Shown here: positions 38,232 to 49,040 of the stretch, piece after piece
Layout of the letters: each line of letters opens with the position of its first letter
Numbering within the stretch: the stretch's first letter is position 1
Source of the DNA: Antedon mediterranea
Taxonomy: Eukaryota > Animalia > Echinodermata
NCBI RefSeq assembly: GCF_964355755.1
Contig: NC_092674.1
Location: 2,976,001-3,040,000 of the forward strand
Direction: 5' to 3'
DNA: 64,000 bases
The notes under the pieces: generated by a model
Database searches by the model: none
Seen by the model: only the letters and a program-made list of their open reading frames with translations
Told to the model about the DNA's origin: nothing
Made by a program: the position numbers and the translations under genes

Positions 38232-38500
38232 TAGATAACTGAGGACTAGTGCTGTTCCGCCGTACCACGCCGAGAATGTTAAAGAGTCGCTATCCTATCG
38301 AGTTCGAACAATACCGTGAAAGCCCCAGTGGTCTAACGGTTAGGACATCTGCATATCAAGCAGGCGGTCCGAGTTCGAGTCTCGGTTGGGGCGACTTTTT
38401 CTCATTCTCACAGATTTCCTCATCTTTATCGTTTCAAATTAATTAATTAAATTTCAGTATATTACCGGGCGGTTTAGAATTAATGTTCTATGCCTGATTT

Positions 38501-38550
<50 letters not shown>
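38232..38550 (+). mobile_element. Dispersed repeat carrying the tRNA-like gene, ending in (AT)n
   Basis: Homologous copy in reverse orientation at about 6665-6882 and a 3' fragment at about 52110-52180; (AT)n run at 38504-38550. Confidence 0.7.
38322..38393 (+). tRNA. tRNA-like cloverleaf with anticodon ATC (Asp), embedded in a dispersed repeat; function unproven
   Basis: 72 nt: acceptor GCCCCAG/TTGGGGC+G, D stem GTCT/GGAC, anticodon stem TCTGC/GCAGG with loop ATATCAA, T stem CCGAG/CTCGG with loop TTCGAGT; TTTTT at 38396-38400. Confidence 0.6.
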
Positions 38551-38554
<4 letters not shown>

Positions 38555-39491
38555 TTTTTTAAAATCATCAATTTAAAATAAACAAGAGGGTGGGTAGCAA
38601 GAAGATGGAACAGCAAAATGCTCTTCCATCTTTTTCACTTACGGACTAAGAAAATTATTAATTTTTAATAATTTTAATAGTTCGGTTTAAAATAAACAAG
38701 AAGGTAGGTAGCTAGAAGACTGAACAGCAAAATGCTCTTCCATCTTTTTTACTTGCTCCTAGGAAAATTATTAACTTTTAATAATTGTAATAGTTCGTTT
38801 GGCAATTCTCCAAATACATTACTAGCAAGGACAATTTTGAGATTACATACTTATCCTTTGGGCTTGCTTGGTTGTGCAATAAATTATTTCTTCAAAAGCA
38901 GCAAAGATATGAATCAGTAATATAAATTCATAACTTTCTATTGTGCTATTTCTAACTGGGTGTTCCTACTATCAAGATGTTTATCTATTTATAACAAAGA
39001 ATATCTACAAAGTGCAGACTGATATGGTTCAATTCTTTCTTCTTTTCCTATCTATAAGTCTATTCATTTAAGACAAAAATATCAGTATTCTGTATGTGTT
39101 TAGACACTGGTGGTAAACCATATAATAATTGCACAATGATAGTGAGGCAGTAGGGCTGTACAAACAGCCATGCAATAAACGCTGTTGAGTTAAGTCATTA
39201 AATGCACAATGTCTAAACAATAGCTGGGGTTTTAATTAATAGCTCACTTACACTGCAGTATTAATTGCGTACAGGAATGCTTAGGGTAAAATGTTTAAAG
39301 CCTTGTTCGCACTGGATTTCAACAACGGTAAATCTGTTGTAAATGTGACCATTGTTCGCACTAGAGATAATTTTAAGCAGCTTTATCACAATTTAACTGT
39401 GACATTAAAAATTGTTTAGATTGGACTTTCTTTGGTAACCGGCGACTCCAAAACGATCATGGTTTAAGCGTTTTTTATTGAAAACCATTAA

Positions 39492-40722
39492 CCGATTCAC
39501 CACGATAAGCGCTTAAAGCGCTCAAAAGGTTAAAAGTCAAGGTCATTGTAAACAAATTTTCAACAAAAAAAAAGTAAATCGAATTTACATGCGCAGTTTG
39601 CTGTGCATGAATCGTAACAACAAATTATACAAAATACTCACAACTTTTTTTTTAAAAATATGCTTCTAAATATATAAAAACAATTGTTGAAGTTAGTTTG
39701 AAAATAAAATTCGAAAATATAACCGTTTTTCGAAGCACGCTGTTCGAAACGCGACAGGCGCGTTGAATGAATCTAGGCCTAAACATACAACGTAAAATCG
39801 TCTAAAATCCATCTTTATTTCTAATAATCACTATTTTGAAACTTGTATACAATAAATGTATAATAAATAAAGATTATGTATCAGTTACAGTGTCTAAATC
39901 GTCATATTTCCATGTAAAAATGTGATTTTTCTACCGGAGAAAAGTCGTGAAGATGTCCTCACGAGGGCCGCGCCATATTGTTTACCTTTGATTGTAATAT
40001 GAACCCTGACATGTCAGATGCATTATGGGCATGAAATATTTGTTCAAACTCTGCGCAAAGGTCAGTTTATTGAAGCATAACTTTTGACAAACATTTTGAT
40101 ACCAAACTTGTTTTAATTTCATAAGTTTTCGACGCATTTTCGTCAAATTTTCTGCAAGCTACACGTCTAAAACAGCGGACTAAGCTCCCGAGGGATGCCG
40201 GTGCGCGTGGGAATAGCGAATTCCAAGTCGCTTTCGGGATGTTTTTTTTAACATTCCCGGTGAACAAACAGCGGCGAGGACGCTCTCGGGGCGGCTCCCG
40301 ATAGGCCTAGGCCCCATATGGTCATCGTCGGATGAGTCAGTCTACTAATTTCTTCATAATTTCGAAACCGGTCATTCATAATGGTCAAGTTTGGTCTTAT
40401 TTTGAAGAGAAGAAATAGGTTCTGATGAAGAGATGAGTTTTATTATGAAATATTTATTAATTTTTGTGCATTTGGTAGTCAAAGATAAATTACAAATTTT
40501 TAATAATTTTCCTAAAATATTTCTAAAATTTGCATAATCCATACTCCGCCAAAATAAGTTGTAACACAAATTTGATAACATATTTGGAAATAAAATGTCC
40601 TTTGTATTATTTTTGTTTTTTAATTTTTTTAATGTCTGTGTTTAGAAAAAAAGTTAGGGTTAATTATATGACATATGCTTTTTGGGTCCCAGGGGAGCAA
40701 AATAAACTTAGGGGTCAATGGG
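39492..40722. mobile_element. Possible piggyBac-like non-autonomous element
   Basis: ttaa-ccgattcaccac on the left and ggggtcaatggg-ttaa on the right (9 of 12 positions inverted-complementary); CpG-rich interior. Confidence 0.45.
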
Positions 40723-43086
40723 TTAAAGACAATATACATATTTTCACAACCTGTTATTGGCGGTTTCATCGCTGTAGGTTGACAACTGAATAAAATAAAA
40801 AAATAAACAAGTTTGCGATTACAAGGTAATAAATTTCAAGGTCATTATAAAAACCATTTTTCTTCCGCCAACAAATGAATAAAAACGATTAATAGTCAGA
40901 CAAATGAAAGTCAAATGATATTTCATATCTGATCTAAAAATAACCGCAGATGAGTCATACAATTTTATTAAGACTACAGACATTCATGATAAGTTCAATA
41001 TTTTCTTTATTGCTTTACATACATGGCGGTATCCTTTAGATCATGATTTACTTGAAGTCTATCATGGCTGTTTTATCCTACTAATATTATTTTATAATGC
41101 ATTAAGACTTTTCGAATGAAAATCTAACGATTATGGCCTCCTATAAATCCGCAATTGATTTAATTTTTTCGTCATTAATGATTTTTCGTGAATAGGCCGC
41201 GATAATATGCATGATACAGTATTAATTGTTCACTAGCCCGAACGGCAAGTGAAAAGATGGCTAGCCCCTGGTGGTTTTTGATAGACGCTAGGCTAATATG
41301 AATCGAGACAGACAATTTATACACCTGTATGAATTCTAGATTGTTATAATTTTATTTAATTTATGATGTGATTAAAATTCTGTCGCCAGTCAGTCCGTCC
41401 AACACCTGTCAGTAAAACTTAATGTACAATAATACGTCAACGTCCAGATTATTTTTCAACTGAATAATTCTGCATAATATCGAGCAATATATTGTGTATT
41501 TTGTAACTTATTTTCAACAACAAATTCTTTCTTCAAAGACAGAAAATGTTTGTTCTCCACCAAAGTGCCCCCTTAATAGTATCCCCTGATTAGAGATGTC
41601 TCAAAGGAGGGGTATTGTATGTTTTCACACTATCGCCAACCCCAATTAAGGGGACACCACTATTAAGGAAAGTTGGAAACACTTTTATAGGTTCCAAAGG
41701 TGTCTTGCTTAATAGGGGTTGGTTCTACTGTGCTGAAATTTGGAGGACCACATGTCATAAAAACAATGTCAATTTTCCTCTATTAATACATTACTACACA
41801 GATTGCAATCATATTTATGATGCCGGTTTCTACTATCAGGAAATAATTTACCTATAAAAATAACAAAGAATAGCCGAAAAATAGACAATCACCACCCTGG
41901 GCGAAAAAATTTATAAGGTATAAAGTTCAAGTTCAAAGGTCAAAAGCATGGAACAATTGTGTGCATTATAATATGTTACAAAATGCTCACAGTGTACAGT
42001 ATGTAAGTCATATCATATTATATAGGAAAACATGGTAGTTAGCTGTCTAGTCGTAAGAAAATGTACTACATATGGTTCTTATTGTGCTCTATAGTTCTGT
42101 CTACACTATCAAACTAGTTTGACAAAAAAAGTATGATGTGTCCAAATATGGTAGTGATATGACATCATCATGTCCATATATGGGCACATCACATTTTGTT
42201 GTTACAAATAAGACAGAGCTTAATTAAAGAAACTTAAACATTGAAAAGAATAAAATGACAGTGTTGGCATTTAAATATTATTCTTGCCTGGAAATCATGG
42301 TGTTTCACTTTGTGTTTAAAACCTACAGTATTACGGTAATATCATTTAATTGCTGTCAGAATTGTTATCAATTGTATAATGGGGTACTACATTAAATTAT
42401 ACAGACTTAGCAGTCCTACTTTTTAAACCATAATGTATAGAGGAGTAGACACTCCATTTTGAAATACTACATTTCTTAAAATTTAAATTGATTGTTCAAC
42501 ATGACATACTTTTATGTTTCTCGTACTGAAACCTAATTTTAATTTTGTGAATTAATTTAAATATGGGGTTTTAGTTTATAAGGAGGCTTAAGTTTGAACT
42601 CTATTGTGAAACAACTTTGAAGGACAATTTTTGCCTTGAAAAAGAATCTTTTGGAGTCCTGTAATCTACTTGAAAATTGATGCTTGAAAACTATCAGTGA
42701 TAAAGAAAACGAACAGCACATCAACTCCTACTTCAAAAGCAATTAAATGAGGTTTTTAATCTAGACTGGTATTATCTGTAATAATACAAAGAGATCCTTT
42801 ATCTCTGTTAACTGACCATGATAGGTATGTTCACATGTAAATAAAACATCATGATCAGTTACTCATGATCAAGGATTAGGTAGTGAGAATTACCAAAGTT
42901 CTCAAATTTAATTAGGTAAAGTGAAAATTAATTGGTTAAAACTGACCATAACAGGTATGTTCACACATGTAAATTATACATCATGATCAGTTACTCATGA
43001 CCAAGAATTAAATTGTACATAGTGAGATTGACCAAAATTCTCAAAGTTCAGTAAAAGTGAAAATTAATTTAAAACACACGACGTAC

Positions 43087-43129
43087 CTGCCAATTGTTTT
43101 ATAATCATCTTCTCACTATCCAGCCACGT
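43087..43129 (-). CDS. FARP1/FARP2: FARP exon 3 (FERM-N), 43 nt
   Basis: tttgcag|TWLDSEKMIIKQLA|gtacgt; phase 0-1; carries the conserved FERM WLD motif. Confidence 0.93.
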
Positions 43130-44005
43130 CTGCAAAATATAAAATTATTATAATTTAATAAACACTCCACTTTTTTACTCCTCTTTCCAAGTATTCTATC
43201 TGTTATATTAATCAGTAGTTTTAGTATAAAAGTAATGCAATCAATGTAATATATCATTTCCAATTTGCTTTAAAAAAAATGTAAAACAATGAAATAACTA
43301 AATAGAATCTCTGATCTTACTATAGGAGAGTCTACAATGCTTTGCAAAGTTTCACACATTTAAATGTTTTAATAAATTGTAAAAGTCTAATAAATTAGAA
43401 CTCTCCAAACCAGACACCCTTGGGCTAGCCTAATAATATGTCTGGTTTATTTGTAAAGTCTAGTATTCTGAATGTAAAAAAGAAATTGGGACATTATGGA
43501 CCTCAAGAAAAGTCTGGATTTGGGAGTGTTTCTGGTGTTCACAGAATCCGGGATTGGGAGAGCTAACTGTAATCAAATGGGTTTTAAAAATATATGAAAT
43601 ATAATTAGCTGACTCTTTTATCTTTTTTTTCTGTACTCCATAAAAATTATCAAGAATTTGTTATGGCTCCAACGAAGCAATTCACATTAATTAATTCAAC
43701 TAAATTATTATTATTCAATTAATTTCTTACAAAAAATGTAATCAAATTTCATGTTTGTGAATTCATCTGGTCATGAATCCTAGAGTGTTAATTCAAATTA
43801 TATTTTAATTTGAATTGACCAATCACAAGTGACACTGAGTCAAGTGCTTTGGTCAAGTTTATATAGTGTTACTGGGTAGTAGGGATCAATTAAAATAATA
43901 TTTAGCAGGAAGAGCCTAGGTATGACAAGAGGTTAGATAAATAGCCAGAGGTGCAGATATTACACAATGACAAGTAAACGCATTCATTACACATTGGTGT
44001 TATAA

Positions 44006-46039
44006 TAGGTATCCCAATGAAGCGGATTTTCGTTACCGCGATTTTAACACGTTCGTGAAATTTCAAAAAGTGACGTGTCTTTGAAGTTAAAAATATACTA
44101 TTTCTGATATACACATGTGAATAAAAATTATATGTCTGGAAAGATCTTGTTTAAGGGATTATTTTCATATATTTTTAATCTATGTTTATTAAATATTTTA
44201 ATAGAAAACGCGAGTTAAAAATGAGGTACAAAAGCCGGCGAGCCGAAATCCGCGCGCTAAAAATAACTTTGGAAAACACCTACCCATTTTCAAAACACGA
44301 TCGCACGAGGTCCATAATAGGTGGTGGAGTAATTTTTGTTGCATGTTATCAGGCTTTAAATACTCTTTATTTTGATATGTAAATCGGTTATTATTATTAT
44401 GTACATCCGCCTCAAATGTCAATTTTAACGATAAAAATTGAATTTTTTAGTCTTTCTCATTATCAAAATCTGGCTAATTTAGTATTGAATTGAAGCTAAT
44501 TTATATTTCTGTTTGATAAACCACATCGTTTTATTTGACTTTGCGTGGACCTCGTGCGAAGAGGCCAACAAGACCAACCACTGAAAAAAATAATCCCTAC
44601 CATAAATATCAGTGTTTACCATTTTCCTTACGGGGGGGGATTCAGTTCTCCGCTTATTACTAAATTACCGTCGCCCAGACAATGTGCATGGTATGCATGT
44701 ATTAGCGCGTTAATTAATGATTGGATAACCCCTGCAGTGGACTGTTCCATTTTCTGAACTAGTCTTCGCCGCACACGAGGCATGTCGAAAAATGTCGCCT
44801 CTCATGGAATATTTGCTTCGAAACGTCAATTTTACCGATTTATTAAATTATTTAATAAGTGGAATATTTATAAATCTACTATATAAAGCAAGTACGTTAG
44901 GAAGAAATGTACCGAAGAAATTTAAGAAGCTTTGATTTTGCTATGCAGCGGCCGTAAGCCATTCTATGTAGGCGGCCGAAACGCGCTTTGGCCTGTGTTG
45001 CCGTTGTATGTCTACGCTGTTTCTAGGCCTAAATTTTATTCCGTATATTTCAATTCAAAGTGCAACTTTCGGTTAGAATAATCGAAAGGGAAATAAAATT
45101 AAACATGTTACAATTATACCATTGAGGTAATTACTTTGTTAAATAAAAAATTTCTTCCCGATATTTCTTAGGCAGAATTTAGCGTCAGGCTTTTATTTAG
45201 ACCTTAGTTAGCAGCTAGGGGCCTATATAACTTAACTTGTAGTAGGCGCGGCCGAGTCTACGTTCGGCCCGGCGCTCCAAATGGAATCGAACACATAATA
45301 AGCACGGGCTTAATTCTTATTTTTGGCGGTTCGAAAATCAATTAAAATAATATATGATTATAAATATAACTTTAAATACTAGAATTATTAAACAAATGTA
45401 TACTTACGAAAAATAATATTTGATGAAAAGAAACAATACCCACACAGTGTTTTAACGCAAAATTTTTTTTTTTCACATTTTAACATTTTTTAACAATATT
45501 TTATGTTGTATTTCAGAATTACCTACCTGTCAATATAAATAACCTTACTAAAATACATATTACATTTTATGCAATGCAAAAAAAAAAGAAGTTAATTCAC
45601 ACATTGGTTCAAAAGTTATGAATCATTTAAAGACAGGAACTTTTTGGGCATTTTTGAGACATTGGGAAAATCACGCGTAAAAAGCCCTCGGACGAATTTT
45701 GTAGGGCGATATCTAAAAAAAAAAATGTCGAGGACACCCAAAAAAAATTTTTTCTTGTACAACTCTGTTGTATCTATGGGTTTGGAAAAAATAAGAACTT
45801 TAAAATTATTAGTATAAAAGTTATAACCCTTCAAAAATGGGTTCAAATATAATTAGAAAAAGTGCAATTTTTCAAGCAAAAATCACTGTTTTTTGGGCAC
45901 TTTAACGGACCATAACTTTTGAATGGATAATCCGATTTCAATCATTTAAATTGCAAAAGTTTATGTTCAGTAAGTTCCTTCTGATTAACTGAAAGAAAAA
46001 GTACCATCATTAATTTGAATTTTTACATTGGGATACCTA
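44006..46039. mobile_element. Non-autonomous TIR transposon (hAT-like TAGG termini; superfamily uncertain)
   Basis: Perfect 14-bp TIRs taggtatcccaatg / cattgggataccta with direct repeat gttataa(t) on both flanks; CpG-rich interior, no transposase ORF. Confidence 0.75.
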
Positions 46040-47046
46040 GTTATAATTAATAACAATTACTATTGATTTAAACATTGATTTTAGAAAAAGGAGAGAAATT
46101 TATTAAATTTTATTATTTACTAAATTTCTAAAAATATGTATGTCGATGTTGAAACAAATTTCTATTACAAAAGAAAATTACCAAAAAAATGGCTTTAATG
46201 TTGAATAAAGTTGATTTAATTTTTATCCCTATTTTATACTGTATTCATATTTTTTAATTCATTTTAATATACCATAGTAAATTAAAATTTTGCTTTATAT
46301 TATCACCCACGGGGCCACATCATCTCTAACTGAAACATTAGGTTACAAACATTAATGTGTACATGAATGTTGAAGCTGGTAAATAATATGGTTGAAAAGG
46401 ATGGTGACTCATTAAGTAATTAATTTTTAATTATGTGGAAATTAAACAAAATGTCAGAGTCCTTGTTATTGTATTAAAATTACGGTTTACTTCAATATCC
46501 TGTTTGTCTGTTTGTCCTTTGTAAAATTATATAAGAAATATGAAATTATGTACACCATCAGTTTGAATGCCTACAGTAGTACCCATTACTAAATTTTTCA
46601 GGGGAACTGGGAATGCATTACAGAATTATATTGCCTAAAAGTAACTATCATTTAGATAATATTGATCATAAATTGGATATACCATTATTGTCTTTAGAGG
46701 GGTGTAATTTCAAAGTTATTTTCTATTCTCTATAGGGCAATGGCAATGTTGGTTTATCCATGTAAGATAGGCTAGAATAGACGGTAAAATAGAGGAATTT
46801 TAAGTGATTTTATTGTAAAACTAAAACCATTTGTTCTATTGGTAAATAACCATATAAGGAAGAACTTTACTTTTTCAAGTGCAAAATGTTCAAAGTTATT
46901 TACGGCTTACATGCTTCATTTACAGGCCACTTCAAAACTCTCTTCTTTAAAATAAATCCAAAATACATTTGAAAGCCAGTTTATTGAACAAACAAATCTA
47001 GCACATGTCACAACACTACTTGAAATAATAGTAAAGTTATACTCAC

Positions 47047-47151
47047 CGGCACATCGTCTTGCGAGTAAAATTGAAGTCCGAAATAATCACTTTCCAGCAG
47101 ATTGAGACTCTGACAACATGCTTCTAGCAAGTCTACACCAAGCGCATGTGA
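47047..47151 (-). CDS. FARP1/FARP2: FARP exon 2 (FERM-N), 105 nt
   Basis: ttag|SHALGVDLLEACCQSLNLLESDYFGLQFYSQDDVP|gtgagt; phase 0-0. Confidence 0.95.
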
Positions 47152-47842
47152 CTAAGGAGAGAAAGCAAAGATATGTGTTACAAAATAGTCTTTTATTGTG
47201 TTATTTGTAACCGGTATTAATAGTGTTATAGGGTCATTCCATCTCAGATCACCCAATGAGTTAAACCCTACCTCTTCCAATTTTGATGAAATTTGGTATA
47301 TGGGTGATTCATAGCAATTAAAGCCAAAATTTCAAATTTTAACTTTATCGGACCAACGGTTTTCAAGATATCGCAATTTCAATTTTCGGTTTTTACGCAA
47401 AAAAGGGCGCGTCCGCCACGTTTCAAAGAGCTGTATCTCGGGAACTATAGGTTCGATTTTAAAAGCAAAGGTATTTTTGTAAAGGGGAGACCATAAGGAA
47501 TCTAAATATACTAATTGTGTGTGTTTTATGTTAATTTTAAGTTGAATAAAACTTTGACATATATTTTGACCTTGAAATTGACCCCGTGGAACACGCCCGT
47601 TTTGTTGGTGACTATCATGAAAAATGTAGCCCTACGTGTCAACTACAACATATAAAAAAATTGGAGGGTTTTTTTTCTTTGTTTCCATGAAATTACAATT
47701 TGAAGTTGACATACCTCTTCCTTTTAGTGTATTTTTGGTGTCTGTCCATGCATTACTTCAATGTCAATTTGATGGATTCCAAAATTAATTTTATTTACAA
47801 ACTAAATATTATTATAATGTTACAATTGTCTATGTCTGGCCT

Positions 47843-49040
47843 TTACTCCTTGTCATCTGGACAATTCAAACAGTATTTAGAAATGTTGTGGCGATCATTT
47901 TGGGAAATACTGTAATTCCTAGTCGAAGAGGATTTTATAAACGGAGAGGCTATAATACAATGTACATTTGATTCAGGAATCCAACAACAGTCTTCTTTGG
48001 ACGGCCAATAAAAGGTTTTCGCTGGCCTTATGAGGATGCATAAATTTAATTTGAAAATCCCCAAACTCTTCTGAGAGTGAGACATCCACCACCAAACCAA
48101 TCCATGGGACACCATCATAACTACAGCACACAAAATTCTGAAGTCTAATAATGGTGGGTTGTGTATCAGCAACAATTTCATTTTCATCACTGAAAGATTC
48201 TTGAATCACTACCACATCCGGAGGGTTTATCTGGGTACTAAGTTTGTAGACCTGCATCTGTGCCAGAGAAACGGGAACAAAGCGATGATATTGTAATGTA
48301 CCCTTGATGGTCTGGGCGAGGTTGAATCTCGGCTTTATTTCTTTTTCTACAGTAGATACCTCATCTATTCCCACATGAAAAAAGTTGATGCCTGGAATGT
48401 CCATATGAGCGAGTCATATGGCCGAGCGGTTAAGGCAGGGGCGCCGTTTACCGTACCTAAAAGACAACAACATCGACAAGGGTTCGAGGCCGACTCGCTC
48501 CTCTCTTCAAGTCTTCTCGGATAAGGACTATAAACCATAGTCCAGTGTACACAGTTATAACATGTGTGTACTTTAAAGGACCCAGTTCATTATTCGAAAA
48601 AGAGTAGGGGGTTACCCCGGTGAACTGGTTCACACAATAGCCCCTGTATCAGGGGGATTACCACCTATCTGATAGGACAGTGACTAATTCACTATTGATA
48701 ATCCTTGGCCATATTGCCTAAAGACATAAAATAGAAATAAAAAATTACACAGTAGTCGAACATACTGAGAGATGTGATAATATGACATTCAGTCAAACGC
48801 TGTAAGCTTCTCTTAGTGACAAGCCTCTTAACTGTTCCACCTATGCCATCACACGCACTCTTGCCATGTAATGTAGCGAAAAAATTCCACTCGGCGTCTA
48901 AACCAAAATCTTCCTGGTGGTGGCAAAGGTTAATAAAGTTATATTTGTTTTTGTATTGGCCGCCACATCCATCTGTGAAATAATGAACTTTTTTCATGGT
49001 TGGTAGTTTTGTTTTTATATAGGGGATGACAACCTTTAAA
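47843..49040 (-). pseudogene. Transposase pseudogene (C-terminal half) of the Sola2-like element
   Basis: Track ORFs 48692..48997, 47973..48404 and 47843..48190 are consecutive pieces of one protein, split by a SINE insertion (about 48405-48745) and a frameshift near 48030 (..IKFMHPH / PAKTFYWPSKEDCCWIP..). The N-terminal half is missing. Confidence 0.82.
48405..48745 (+). mobile_element. tRNA-derived SINE with Deu/Nin-like central domain, inserted in the transposase
   Basis: A box TGGCCGAGCGG and B box GGTTCGAGGCC, with head ends gagcgagtc/gactcgctc complementary. The core tcggataaggactataaacc...taaaggaccca...tattcgaaaaagagtagggggttaccccggtg resembles the DeuSINE domain as I recall it. A-rich tail. 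Confidence 0.78.

Noticed and set aside
38256-38278. Resemblance of cgccgtaccacgccga to the 5' end of 5S rRNA
   Set aside because: Too short, and the rest of 5S (internal control region) is absent.
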